Assembly (NCBI GenBank): GCA_965224245.1
Contig: OZ245046.1
Span: 608,001-672,000, forward strand
Direction: 5' to 3'
Origin: Candidatus Eiseniibacteriota bacterium
GTDB lineage: Bacteria > Eisenbacteria > RBG-16-71-46 > CAZAMP01
Length of the DNA: 64,000 nucleotides
Part shown: positions 29,332-39,525 of the stretch, piece after piece
How the letters are laid out: the number at the start of each line of letters is the position of its first letter
Position numbering within the stretch: the stretch's first letter is position 1
Notes under the pieces: generated by a model
The model's database searches: none
What the model was told of the DNA's origin: nothing
Seen by the model: the letters and a program-made list of their open reading frames with translations, nothing else
Program-made: the position numbers and the translations under genes

Positions 29332-30897
29332 ATGACGAACGCACGCCACACGACGACCCCGCGCACGTCCCGACCGCCGGATCCGGCGGAGCTGGACGCG
29401 GATCGCTGCTACGCGGCCCTCGCGAGCCGCGATTCGCGCTTCGACGGTCGGTTCGTGGTGGGGGTCCGGACCACCGGTGTGTATTGCCGGCCGATCTGTC
29501 CGGCGCGAACGCCGGCGCCCGAGAACGTGCGGTTCCTGCCGAGCGCGGCCGCCGCCGAGGCGGCCGGTTTCCGGCCGTGTCGCCGGTGTCGACCCGAGAC
29601 GAGCCCCGGCAGCCCCGCGTGGCGGGGAACCGACGCCACGGTGCGACGGGCGAGCGCCCTCATCGCCGACGGCTTCCTCGACTCCGGTCGCGTGACGGAT
29701 CTGGCCGATCGCCTCGGCATCGGCGAGCGCCACCTGCGGCGGCTCTTCGAGCAGCACGTGGGAGCCTCGCCGGGTGCACTGGCACGCAGCCAGCGGGCCC
29801 ATCTCGCGCGGTGCCTCCTCGACGACGCATCCCGCTCGGTGGCCGACGTGGCCGCGCTGGCCGGGTATCCCAGCCCTGCGCGACTGACCGCCGACATGAA
29901 GCGGGTGTTCGGGACCACGCCGTCGCACATGCGACGCGCCGGCCCCCTGCGCGAGCCGGGCGAGGGGCTCTCGGTACGGCTGCCGGTCCGGACTCCGTTC
30001 GACTGGAACGCGATGCTGGCCTACTGGCGCCCGCGCGCGATCGCCGGCGTCGAGCACGTGGACGGCGACACCTATCGCCGCGTCGTGGGAGTCGACGGCC
30101 GGCGAATCCCGATCTCGGTCACGGTCGTGCCCGCGGGCGAGCCCCGGGGGGCGGCCGGGCGCTCGTCGCTCGAGCTCCGTGTGCCGTCGGACGTGGGCGC
30201 ATCGCTGGCCCGGGTGATCGAGCGCGTCCGCGTGGCGTTCGACACCCGCGCCAACCCGGTGGCGATCGAGGATCATCTCGGTGGCTGCGCGTTCCTGGGG
30301 CCCCTGGTCGCACGCGCCCGAGGCATGCGCGTGCCGGGAGCGTTCGACGGCTTCGAGCTCGCGGTCCGTGCGGTGCTGGGACAGCAGGTGTCCGTGGCCG
30401 GGGCGACGACCCTGGCCGGGCGTCTGGTGTCGGAGCTGGGCGCGCGGCTGGGAGAACCCGATGCGGCGGGCGCGATCACGCACGCGTTTCCGTCTCCGGA
30501 GGTCGTGGCCGGCGCCGACCTCGCCCGGCTCGGGATGCCCGGCCGGCGGGCCGAGGCGATCCGGGCGCTGGCGCGCGGGGTGTGTGAGGGGCGCCTGCGC
30601 CTGGAGTGGGGCGCCGATCCGGAGGCCCTGACCGCGGCGCTGATCGACATCCCGGGGATCGGTCCCTGGACGGCCGGCTACGTCACGATGCGCGTGGCGG
30701 GCGACCCGGACGCGTTTCTTCCGGGAGACCTGGGCGTGCGCAAGGCCGTGCGCCGGCGCTCGGTCGAGCTCGATGCCGGTGGCCCCCCCGCGCCCGATGG
30801 ACTTCCCCGGCCGAGCGAGATCCTCTCGCTCGCCAGCCGATGGCGACCGTGGCGCGCGTACGCGGTCATGATTCTCTGGCACAGTCTGGGAGACTGA
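29332..30897 (+). CDS. alkA: Ada-AlkA fusion (Ada Zn-binding + AraC HTH + DNA-3-methyladenine glycosylase II)
   Basis: SRDSRFDG, TTGVYCRPICPA, GFRPCRRCRP, ERHLRRLF, FDGFELAVRAVLGQQVS, HhH IPGIGPWTA, WRPWRAYA. Confidence 0.93.
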   Translation: MTNARHTTTPRTSRPPDPAELDADRCYAALASRDSRFDGRFVVGVRTTGVYCRPICPARTPAPENVRFLPSAAAAEAAGFRPCRRCRPETSPGSPAWRGTDATVRRASALIADGFLDSGRVTDLADRLGIGERHLRRLFEQHVGASPGALARSQRAHLARCLLDDASRSVADVAALAGYPSPARLTADMKRVFGTTPSHMRRAGPLREPGEGLSVRLPVRTPFDWNAMLAYWRPRAIAGVEHVDGDTYRRVVGVDGRRIPISVTVVPAGEPRGAAGRSSLELRVPSDVGASLARVIERVRVAFDTRANPVAIEDHLGGCAFLGPLVARARGMRVPGAFDGFELAVRAVLGQQVSVAGATTLAGRLVSELGARLGEPDAAGAITHAFPSPEVVAGADLARLGMPGRRAEAIRALARGVCEGRLRLEWGADPEALTAALIDIPGIGPWTAGYVTMRVAGDPDAFLPGDLGVRKAVRRRSVELDAGGPPAPDGLPRPSEILSLASRWRPWRAYAVMILWHSLGD

Positions 30898-30900
30898 CGC

Positions 30901-31428
30901 ATGACGACGACGATCCACCATCACGAGCTCACGGCGCCGCCCGGAACGATCGGCGTGGCCGTGCGAGACGACGTTCTGCTCGCGATCGAGTTCGGCGCCG
31001 ACAGAGCCGCCATGCAGGCCGCGCTGGAACGGCGACTGGGGCCCTGCCGGCTCGTCCCCGGCCCCGACGACTCCCCCGTGGTCCGCGCGATCGCGCGCTA
31101 CCTGGAGGGCGATCTGAGTGCGATCGAAGGCCTCGCGTGCGACGCCGGCGGCACGCCGTTCCAGACGCGCGTGTGGGCCGCGCTTCGCGACATCCCCGCC
31201 GGCGAGACGCGCAGCTACGGCGAGCTGGCCGCGATCCTGGGACGTCCCGGTGCCTCTCGCGCCGTCGGTCGCGCCAACGGGCAGAACCCGATCCCGATCG
31301 TGGTGCCGTGTCACCGCGTGATCGGCGCGGACGGAACACTGACCGGGTTCGGCGGCGGGCTCGCCTGGAAGAAGTGGCTGCTCGAGCACGAGGGGCTCGT
31401 CGTGGCCGAGCAGATGCGTCTGGTGTAG
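30901..31428 (+). CDS. ogt: Methylated-DNA--protein-cysteine methyltransferase
   Basis: GTPFQ..VW, SYGELA, RAVG, NPIPIVVPCHRV, LTGFGGGL. Confidence 0.95.
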   Translation: MTTTIHHHELTAPPGTIGVAVRDDVLLAIEFGADRAAMQAALERRLGPCRLVPGPDDSPVVRAIARYLEGDLSAIEGLACDAGGTPFQTRVWAALRDIPAGETRSYGELAAILGRPGASRAVGRANGQNPIPIVVPCHRVIGADGTLTGFGGGLAWKKWLLEHEGLVVAEQMRLV

Positions 31429-31502
31429 ACGGCGGTCTCCTCGACTCCGGGCCACGCGTGCCCGTCGCGCGAGACGCCGCTGCACGCTTCACCCGCGGGG
31501 CG

Positions 31503-33323
31503 CTAGCGAGTCTCGTACGTGAGGTGCTGGTACACCTCGGAGAAGCGCGTGCCGGGTCGGTTCAGCTCGGCGAACCGTCCGATCCCGGCCACCCGCCCGC
31601 GATCGACGAACACGATCTGATCGGCACGCTCCAGCGTCGCGCGGCGGTGGGTGACCACGATGGTCGTGCATCGCGGCAGGTCCGCGAACACCGACGACCA
31701 CACGCGCGCCTCGGTCTCCGCATCCAGGCTCGACGTGCAGTCGTCGAGGAGCAGCACGTCCGGGCGAGCGACCAGCGCGCGCGCGAGGGCGACCCGCTGC
31801 TTCTGCCCGCCCGACAACCGGAGTCCCCGGGCACCGACCGGTGTTTCCACGCCGCGCGGCCAGGCCGTCAGGTCGGGTCGTAGCCCCGCGGCGTCGAGCG
31901 CGTGCTCCACGTCGTCGTCACCGATCCACTCGCGTCCGAAGTGCACGTTCTCGCGGACGGTCGTCGAGAACAGGAGCGGCTCCTGCGGGACCCATCCGAG
32001 GTGCGCGCGCAGCTCGTGCGTCGGCCACTCCCGGACGTCACGGCCGTCCACGAGCACCGCGCCTCCCGTCACCTCCAGGAGACGCGGCACGAGGGCCAGG
32101 AGCGTGGTCTTTCCCGACCCGACCTCGCCCGCCACCGCGGTCAGGGTTCCCGGCGTGGCGTCGAACGACACGCCGGCCAGCACGTCGCCCACCGCGTCCG
32201 GAAACCCGTAGCGAACGCCCTCGAAGCGGACGACGATGCCGCCCTTCGAGGTCGGGATGCTCAGGGACTCCCGGGCCAGCGTGGCGTCGGGGCGCTCGGC
32301 CTCGGGGCTGGCGCGGTGCCGATCGGTCACGTCGGGCTCTGACAGCTCGAGCTCCGAGACGCGGGAGACGCTGACCGCGCTGACGCGCCCCCGGACCAGG
32401 AACTGGCCAACGTCGAACATCGGGAAGACCAGGAGCAACACGTACTCCTGGAACGCGACCAGCTGTCCGATCGTGATCTCGCCCCGCATCGCGCCGAGCC
32501 CGCCGGCCAGGAGCACCCCGACGATCGCGAACTGCCAGATGTGTCCCCAGAGCGAATCGATGACCGACTGCCAGCGAACCGCACCCAGCTCGGCGGCCCG
32601 CTGCGCGTCGACCCGACGCGCGATCTCCTCGCGCTGGTGATGCTCGCTCGCGAAAGCCTTCACCACGCGGATGCCGCTGAAGACGGTCTCCAGCGAATCG
32701 TTCATGCGCGAGATCGACGCCTGCACGGCGCGGAAGTGCGCGTCGAGCCGGGTCGCGGTCAGAAAGAAGATCGCGATCAGGATCGGTAGGGGACCGGCCG
32801 TGTAGAGTGTGAGGCCCTCGTCCAGGTGAAGCATCATCACCAGCCCGAACACGATCAGGATCGACGCCTCGATGAGACGGAAGAGCCCGCTGCACATGAA
32901 CCACGAGAGCTTGTCCGACACGTCGTCGGTGAGGCGGGTCACGATGTCCCCGGTGCGAAAGCGTCGGAAGAACCCGGGTCCCATGCGAAGCACGTGCTCG
33001 AACCCGCGTTGGCGAACTCCGTAGTCGAACCGGATGTTCAACCGCGCGCGCGAGCCCTGGAGCCACAGGTACAGCCCGAAGTGGACGAGGCCGACCAGCG
33101 CGAGCAGGCCGACGCCGCTCAGGATCGGGCGCATCGTTCCGGACGCGGCCACCGAGTCCACCACCCGCTGGATGAACAGCGGCTGGACCACGAGGAGCGC
33201 GGCGTTGATCACCGAGAGCACCACCAGCAGCGGAACCTCGCGGCGGTAGGGCTTCCAGTGATCGTGGATCCACCCGAGCTGTGACAGAAGCCCGATGCGG
33301 CGTGCCCCGCTCTCAGCCGGCAC
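31503..33323 (-). CDS. ABC exporter half-transporter (TMD+NBD), MdlA-like
   Basis: GTG 33323 after GGAGG; TGDIVTRLTDD, GEVGSGKTT, LSGGQKQR, degenerate Walker B LLDD. Confidence 0.9.
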   Translation of the reverse strand: MPAESGARRIGLLSQLGWIHDHWKPYRREVPLLVVLSVINAALLVVQPLFIQRVVDSVAASGTMRPILSGVGLLALVGLVHFGLYLWLQGSRARLNIRFDYGVRQRGFEHVLRMGPGFFRRFRTGDIVTRLTDDVSDKLSWFMCSGLFRLIEASILIVFGLVMMLHLDEGLTLYTAGPLPILIAIFFLTATRLDAHFRAVQASISRMNDSLETVFSGIRVVKAFASEHHQREEIARRVDAQRAAELGAVRWQSVIDSLWGHIWQFAIVGVLLAGGLGAMRGEITIGQLVAFQEYVLLLVFPMFDVGQFLVRGRVSAVSVSRVSELELSEPDVTDRHRASPEAERPDATLARESLSIPTSKGGIVVRFEGVRYGFPDAVGDVLAGVSFDATPGTLTAVAGEVGSGKTTLLALVPRLLEVTGGAVLVDGRDVREWPTHELRAHLGWVPQEPLLFSTTVRENVHFGREWIGDDDVEHALDAAGLRPDLTAWPRGVETPVGARGLRLSGGQKQRVALARALVARPDVLLLDDCTSSLDAETEARVWSSVFADLPRCTTIVVTHRRATLERADQIVFVDRGRVAGIGRFAELNRPGTRFSEVYQHLTYETR

Positions 33324-35091
33324 GTCCGGCCTCCAGGAGCTGAAGCGTCGCCAGCCTGCGATAGAGCGGGTTCTCCTCGACGAGCGTCTCGTGACGCCCG
33401 ATGGCCACGACGCGACCGGCATCCAGCACGAGGATGCGATCGCACTCCCGCACGGTGGCCAGCCGATGGGCGATGATCACGGCGGTGCGCCCACGGAGCG
33501 CGCGGGTCAGGCTCTCGGTGATGAACGCCTCGGTCGCCGGATCGATCGCGCTCGTGGCCTCGTCCAGGATGATCAGCTCGGGATCGCCCGCGATCGCGCG
33601 CGTGAACGAGATCAGCTGGCGCTCGCCCATCGACAAGTTGGCGCCCCGCTCGGAGAGGTCGGTCTCCCACCCGCCGGGGAGGCGGGCCACGAGCTGATCG
33701 GCCATCGTCGTGCCCGCGGCGCGGGCCAGTGCCTCCTCGTCCAGCGCGCGGCCCAGGAGCACGTTGTCGCGAAGCGAGCCGGGGAACAGGTACACGTCCT
33801 GGAGCACGAGCCCCACGTGGCGGCGAAGATCGTGCTGCGTCAGCTCACGCACGTCCACGCCGTCGATCGTGACCCGGCCGCGCTGGGGATCGTAGAAGCG
33901 CAGCAGCAGCGAGACGATCGTGGACTTGCCCGCTCCCGTCGGTCCGACCACCGCCCAGCGTTCGCCGGAGCGGATCTCGAACGACACGTCCTCGAGGATC
34001 CACGGCCCCTCGCCGTAGCGGAACCAGACGTTCTCGAACCGGATGGACGTGCGAAGCCCGGGCCAGGGGACCGGCGTCACCGGGTCGGACACGTCGATCG
34101 GCTCGGTCAACAGGAGGAGAATCCGCTCGCTCGCCGCCAGGGCGCGCTGCATCGTCGCGAGCTGCTCGGAGAGCCGGAAGATGGGCTCGAAGAAGCGCCG
34201 CACGTAGCTCATGAACATCACGAGCGTCCCGATCGTCACCAGGCCCTGGAGCGACCACCAGCCGCCCAGCCCCAGGATGAGCACGAACGCGAGCGTCCGG
34301 GTCAGGAAGATGTCGTTCATCCAGAGCGTGTGGTTCCAGGCGCCCTTCCAGCGCGCCTCGTACGCGCGGCGGTTGATCTCGCGGAACCGGGTGACGGCCC
34401 ACTGCCGGCGCTCGAACGCGCGCAGCACCGGCATTCCCTGGACGAACTCGGCCAGGCGTCCCGAGACGTCGGCCATGTGTCGCCGGGCATCCAGGAACGC
34501 GGCGTGGGTGCGGCCGCGGAAGTACAGTGTGATGCCGATCATGATCGGGAAGATCACGCCACACGTCAGGGTCAGGCGCGCGCTGACGGTGAACATGACC
34601 ACGAACATCGCGATCATGAGGAAGAAGTCGCCGACGAGCAGCACCGTGGCCGACGTGAAGAGGAGGCGTAGCGCGTCGGTATCGCTCTCCACACGCGCGA
34701 TCAGCTTGCCGGGGGACTGCCGGTCGTAGAACCGCAGCGGGAGGTGCATGAGGTGGTCGAACAGGCGGCGCTTGAGCCGTGCGATCATCGCCTGTCCGGT
34801 CCACTCGAGCCAGATTCGCATCGCGTAGGCCACGGCCAGATGCGCGACCAGGACCCCGCAATACAGGACGACGGTTCGGGTCAGCCCCGTCGCGTCGCGG
34901 GACGCGATGTCCACGTCGATCGCCCGCTTGACCAGGACGGGACCGAGGACGGTCAGGATCGACGCGAGGATCAGGAGCGCGAGGGCACCCAGGAAGTGCG
35001 GGAGGTGGGGGCGGAAGATCGGCCACAGGCCATGGACGATGTCGCGGCGGTCGAGCCGGCGTTCGGGGAGGCTCTCGACGCCGTCGGCCAT
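33313..35091 (-). CDS. ABC exporter half-transporter (TMD+NBD), MdlB-like
   Basis: ATG 35091 after AAGGAG; GPTGAGKST, degenerate signature LSMGE, ILDEATS, IAHRL. Confidence 0.92.
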   Translation of the reverse strand: MADGVESLPERRLDRRDIVHGLWPIFRPHLPHFLGALALLILASILTVLGPVLVKRAIDVDIASRDATGLTRTVVLYCGVLVAHLAVAYAMRIWLEWTGQAMIARLKRRLFDHLMHLPLRFYDRQSPGKLIARVESDTDALRLLFTSATVLLVGDFFLMIAMFVVMFTVSARLTLTCGVIFPIMIGITLYFRGRTHAAFLDARRHMADVSGRLAEFVQGMPVLRAFERRQWAVTRFREINRRAYEARWKGAWNHTLWMNDIFLTRTLAFVLILGLGGWWSLQGLVTIGTLVMFMSYVRRFFEPIFRLSEQLATMQRALAASERILLLLTEPIDVSDPVTPVPWPGLRTSIRFENVWFRYGEGPWILEDVSFEIRSGERWAVVGPTGAGKSTIVSLLLRFYDPQRGRVTIDGVDVRELTQHDLRRHVGLVLQDVYLFPGSLRDNVLLGRALDEEALARAAGTTMADQLVARLPGGWETDLSERGANLSMGERQLISFTRAIAGDPELIILDEATSAIDPATEAFITESLTRALRGRTAVIIAHRLATVRECDRILVLDAGRVVAIGRHETLVEENPLYRRLATLQLLEAGRAG

Positions 35092-35182
35092 GCCGGGCTC
35101 CTTCGCTGAATCGAGACGCAATGCGCCCCGGAGCGGGAACACGGCTCGCGGCCGGCCAGCGCCTCCGAGAGCGCGGCCCGGC

Positions 35183-35212
35183 ACGATAGCGTCTCGTCGG
35201 CTTTTGTGTCAA
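35183..35212 (-). promoter_or_regulatory. Sigma70-type promoter for the ABC exporter pair
   Basis: TTGACA-N18-TATCGT on the - strand. Confidence 0.55.
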
Positions 35213-35248
35213 CGCGGCCCGGCCAGGGGTCGTCCGCGTTCGCTGCGA

Positions 35249-36271
35249 TCAGGCGACCGCGAAGAAGTCCCGTCCCTCGAGGTAGCCGCGGGCGGCGACC
35301 CGTCGACGGATCAGCGTCCGGGCCATCCGTGAGCCCACGGCCGCGAGCACGACCGCGTGACCCGGGGCGGCGAGGGCGTCGGGCGCCAGGATCGGGCGCC
35401 CCCGCCGGGTACGACCGATCTTCTTCGGATCGATGTCGACGTAGGCGTCGATGGCGACCCCTTCCAGGACGAGAAGGCGCCCCAGGCGGCGTCCGATCTG
35501 CCCGGCGCCCCACACGATCGCGGGTCGCGCGGAGAGCGGACCGATCGCCAGGTAGCGTGCCTTCGTCCGGAGGAAGCTCTCGACGCTGTAACGGGGGTGC
35601 GTGCGCGAGTGTCGATCCGGCCGGTCCCGCCAGAAGTGGAGCACGCGGGGGACCTTCGCGAAGCGCCGGCCGGCGAGGTGCAGGCGCAGCCAGAGATCGT
35701 AGTCCTCTGGCCGACCGACGTCCCGGTAGCCGCCGATCTCCAGCAGCAGGTCGCGCCTCAGAAACGCCGTCGGATGGGGGATCGGGCTCTCGACGTAGAT
35801 CTCGCGCGCGATCTCGGCCGGCTCGGTCAGCGCGTTGAGCCAGCGTTCGTAGATGCGGTAGCCTTCCCGGACATCTTGCCGTGGGAAGCTCTCGACACAC
35901 GTCCCCACGACGTCCACGTTTCCTCGCACGTGAAAGAACCTATGCTGCAACGCCAATCGGTCCGGGTGTGCGACGTCGTCCGCGTCCATGCGCGCCACGA
36001 ACGGTGCCCGGGCGGCCTCGACACCGGCGTTCAACGCGTCGATCAGCCCGGCACCGGGGTTGTCGATCACGCGCACGCGGGCGTCTCGTGCCCGGTGCGC
36101 GGCGGCGCGCTCGCGCGAGCCGTCGCGCGAGTGATCGTTCACGATCAGAAGCTCGACGGCGCGGAAGCTCTGGGACAGGATCGACCCGACGGCAGCGTCC
36201 AGGGTGGAGGCGCCGTCTCGCACGGGCATCACGACCGAGACCTCGGGTCGCGCGGGCGCGTCGGTCGGCAT
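35249..36271 (-). CDS. Glycosyltransferase family 2 with C-terminal Rossmann-like domain
   Basis: VSVVMP, VNDHSRD, ALNAG, ARMDADD, HPT, EDYDLWLR; tail IVWGAGQIG. Confidence 0.9.
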   Translation of the reverse strand: MPTDAPARPEVSVVMPVRDGASTLDAAVGSILSQSFRAVELLIVNDHSRDGSRERAAAHRARDARVRVIDNPGAGLIDALNAGVEAARAPFVARMDADDVAHPDRLALQHRFFHVRGNVDVVGTCVESFPRQDVREGYRIYERWLNALTEPAEIAREIYVESPIPHPTAFLRRDLLLEIGGYRDVGRPEDYDLWLRLHLAGRRFAKVPRVLHFWRDRPDRHSRTHPRYSVESFLRTKARYLAIGPLSARPAIVWGAGQIGRRLGRLLVLEGVAIDAYVDIDPKKIGRTRRGRPILAPDALAAPGHAVVLAAVGSRMARTLIRRRVAARGYLEGRDFFAVA

Positions 36272-36330
36272 CGGGGTCACGTCCTTCGTGGTGCGTGGCG
36301 GTGCGCGCACGACCGGCGGAGCGTCGCGTG

Positions 36331-38520
36331 ATGCGGGAGCACGAGGCCACGCCGGCCGGGGTTCTCGTGAGGCCGATGACCGTGCTCGCCGGCGCACAGG
36401 GGGTGCTCGTGCTCGCGCTCGCCGCGGCGCTGGCGTTCCACGAGATCATCAGCCGCGATCTCTGGCTGCACCTCTCGGCCGGCCGATGGATCCTAGCGCA
36501 CGGAACGGTGCCGCGCGAAGACGTGTTCAGCTTCACCGCCGCCGGACACCGCTGGATCGACCTACACTGGGGCTATCAGCTTCTGGTGACCGCGGCGTTT
36601 CGCCTCGGTGGAGCCGTGGGCATCCAGGTGTTGCATGCCGCGGCGTTCCTCGGCACGTGGGGCGTGATCGCGCGCCTGGTGGCCCGGCGGGGCGGCGGTG
36701 GGGCCGCGTGGATCGTCGCTCTGGTCGCGCTGGTCGCCGGCTACGAGCGCGTCCTCTGTCGCCCCGAGCTCTTCACCGCCCTCTTCCTCGTGGTGACGTG
36801 GTGGCTGACCGATCGCGTGCTCGCCGGAGAGCGCGTCGGCCCCGCGTGGCTCCTCGTCCAGGTGCTCTGGGCCAACATGCAGGGGCTGTTCATTCTCGGC
36901 CCCGCGCTGGTCGGCGCGCGCGCGGTCGGGGCCGCCGGGGATCGCCTGGTGGCCCGGCGGAGCGCGCGAGGGGGAGCCGGGGGCGTCCCCGGGGCGACCG
37001 AGGTCCTGGGCGCTCCCGTCCGGCGCCTCGCCGCAGGTGCGGTGCTGATGCTCGCCGTCTCGGTCGCGACGCCCTATCACGTGCACGGCGTGTGGCTACC
37101 GTTCCGGCTGATGACACAGGTCGGGGGCGAGAGCGTGTACGCCGGCGTTCTGGGCGAGCTGCTCTCGCCGTTCGTCGAGTCGCCGATCGGGTGGGTCCTG
37201 GTGGCTCTCGCGGCGCTCTCGGCGCTGGCGTGGCTCCTTGATCCCGGGCGTCGCGTCGCCGATCTCGTCCCGCTGGCTGCGTTCGCGATCCTGGCGTTCT
37301 CCGCGCGACGCAACGCGCTGCTCTTCGCCCTGGTCGCCGTGATCCCGACGATCCCGAGCCTTCACCGGGTGATGGTCGAGCGGGGCGGCGGCCGACTCCG
37401 GTGGCTCCAGGTTCCGGTCGGGGTCGCCGGCGTGCTGATCGGGGGGATCCTGACGCTCGCGGTCGTCGGGGGACGGTTCTATCACGAGCTGCGCTCCCCG
37501 AAGTCCACCGGCCTCGGCTTCTCCGAGCGCGCGTACCCACGCGAGGCGACACGGTTTCTGTCCACGATGGCGCCCGGAGGCCGCGTATTCAACGAGATCG
37601 GTGACGGAGACTATCTCATCTGGCACCTGACACCGGCGTGGACGATCGCGTTCGACGGGCGGGCGGAGGTGTACGGAGAGACCGTCGGCCACGCGCTTCT
37701 CCCGCTGTACCAGAGCCCCGAACGACTGACTGAGTTCGCGCGGGCGAACGACGTCCACCACGCGCTCCTGGACGTATCCACCCCGATGGGACGCAATCTC
37801 GCGGTGGGTCTGGCGCGCACCGACGCCTGGCATCTTCGCTACCTCGACGACCGCGGGGCGATCCTGACCGACGAGCCCGGCGCCTCGTCTACGGTGATGC
37901 CCCGCTCCCCGGCGTCGACGAGCGTGCCGCCGCCGAGCCGCCGCAGCGCACTCGCCTGGCGAGTCGACTTCCCGTGGCGCGAGGAGCGGCTGGCCCGGGC
38001 TCAGGCGGCGTTCGGGCTCGGGGAGGCCGCTCTGGGCAGCTACGCCGAGGCGCTTCGCCGGTACCCGCACTCGGCCGATCTGTACGCCGACTTCGGCGCC
38101 ACGCTCCTGACCGTGGGACGCCTGAACGAGGCCATGTCCGCGTTCTCGGCGGCGCTCACGCTCGACGGCGATCACGACGCGGGAGCGGCGGGCCGAGCGA
38201 TCGCGCTCGAACGCCTGGACGGGCCGGCGGCCGCGATCGGGTGGCTCGAGCCGTGGTGCGCGTCGCGGCCGCGGGCCGAGGCCGCCTGGACCACGCTGGC
38301 GGGCGTCGAGGGACGATCGGGCGACGTGACCGGTGCGATCGAGACGCTCCGCACGGCCTATGGGCGCATGCCCGACGTCGTCGTGCCGCTCGCGACCACG
38401 CTCGCGCGCCTGGGACGGGTCGACGAGGCGCGGGCACTCCTGGAGACGCACCTGAGCCGACATCCGAAGGATCGCGCCGCCCGCGCGCTCGCGGTCCGGC
38501 TCGCACGACCCGGGAGGTAG
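36331..38520 (+). CDS. Multi-pass membrane protein, GT-C-like, with C-terminal TPRs
   Basis: DLWLHLSAGRWI...DVFSFT...W, RPELFT, LWANMQG, RRN, FDGRAEVYG, then TPR helices; start approximate. Confidence 0.75.
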   Translation: MREHEATPAGVLVRPMTVLAGAQGVLVLALAAALAFHEIISRDLWLHLSAGRWILAHGTVPREDVFSFTAAGHRWIDLHWGYQLLVTAAFRLGGAVGIQVLHAAAFLGTWGVIARLVARRGGGGAAWIVALVALVAGYERVLCRPELFTALFLVVTWWLTDRVLAGERVGPAWLLVQVLWANMQGLFILGPALVGARAVGAAGDRLVARRSARGGAGGVPGATEVLGAPVRRLAAGAVLMLAVSVATPYHVHGVWLPFRLMTQVGGESVYAGVLGELLSPFVESPIGWVLVALAALSALAWLLDPGRRVADLVPLAAFAILAFSARRNALLFALVAVIPTIPSLHRVMVERGGGRLRWLQVPVGVAGVLIGGILTLAVVGGRFYHELRSPKSTGLGFSERAYPREATRFLSTMAPGGRVFNEIGDGDYLIWHLTPAWTIAFDGRAEVYGETVGHALLPLYQSPERLTEFARANDVHHALLDVSTPMGRNLAVGLARTDAWHLRYLDDRGAILTDEPGASSTVMPRSPASTSVPPPSRRSALAWRVDFPWREERLARAQAAFGLGEAALGSYAEALRRYPHSADLYADFGATLLTVGRLNEAMSAFSAALTLDGDHDAGAAGRAIALERLDGPAAAIGWLEPWCASRPRAEAAWTTLAGVEGRSGDVTGAIETLRTAYGRMPDVVVPLATTLARLGRVDEARALLETHLSRHPKDRAARALAVRLARPGR

Positions 38521-38524
38521 CGCC

Positions 38525-39238
38525 GTGCCGCACGACGAGCCGACAGCAGAACGAGGGCGTCGGGCGTCCGGGGTCCGCCTGTCCGGGTCCGATCGGCGAC
38601 GGCTGGTCGGCGACCGCGCGGATCTGGATCGGCTGCTCGTCCCCGAGCCCGACACGCCGCCCGGCGAGTTCGATCCCCGGTCGCTGTTCGCGAACGATCG
38701 GCCGATCGAGCTGGAGATCGGCTGCGGTAAGGGTGCGTTCCTGGCCGCGATGGCGAGCACGTACCCGGACGTCAATCTGATCGGGGTGGAGCTCGCCGCG
38801 CCGTTCGCGCGGGCGGCGGCCCTGCGCATGCGACGGCGATCGTTCGACGACGTCCGGGTGATGTGCGGCGACGCCGGACGCCTCGTCCGCGAGACGCTGC
38901 GCGCGGACTCGGTGAACGCGGTGCACGTGTTCTTCCCCGATCCGTGGCCGAAGAAGAGGCACCGCAAGCGGCGGATCTTCACCGCGAGCTTCCTGGACGG
39001 GGTGGCGCGCGTGCTCGTACCGGACGGCATGCTCTGTCTGGCCACCGACGTGCCGGACTACTACGCGAGCATGCGCGAGCTCACCGACGCCGATGGGCGG
39101 TTCGAGCGTCTCACGGCCTTCGAGTGGCGCTCGGGCGGGATCACGAACTTCGAGCGGAAGTACCTCGACGCGGGGCGGACGAGCTTTCGCGCCACGTACC
39201 GCAAGCGGTCGGTGGAGGGGAGCTGGCGACGGCTGTAG
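38525..39238 (+). CDS. trmB: tRNA (guanine-N7)-methyltransferase
   Basis: LEIGCGKG, IGVE, FPDPWPKKRH, LATD, TNFERKY. Confidence 0.95.
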   Translation: MPHDEPTAERGRRASGVRLSGSDRRRLVGDRADLDRLLVPEPDTPPGEFDPRSLFANDRPIELEIGCGKGAFLAAMASTYPDVNLIGVELAAPFARAAALRMRRRSFDDVRVMCGDAGRLVRETLRADSVNAVHVFFPDPWPKKRHRKRRIFTASFLDGVARVLVPDGMLCLATDVPDYYASMRELTDADGRFERLTAFEWRSGGITNFERKYLDAGRTSFRATYRKRSVEGSWRRL

Positions 39239-39440
39239 CCGGCGCTCCCGCGTTCGCGGCCGGCCGTGGTCGCCCGGCGCCCCCCGGCGGACGCTCCGGG
39301 ACACCCGCGGCCTCCGGGACACCGGCGGTCGTCAGGACTCCGGGGGGGATCCGGCGAGGGGACCGCCGGCGACGGCCGGCAGCATCCCGCCCCACGTCCG
39401 GCGGCGAGCGTTCCGAGCCACGCCCGCCGCCGGCGGTGGT

Positions 39441-39469
39441 TTGTCTTCGTGGAACCTCGACCGTATACT
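39441..39469 (+). promoter_or_regulatory. Sigma70-type promoter
   Basis: TTGTCT-N17-TATACT upstream of 39526. Confidence 0.55.
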
Positions 39470-39525
39470 GAGACTTACAAGCTCGACACCGCACGCTCCC
39501 ATCTACCCGCGAAAGGCGTTCACCG

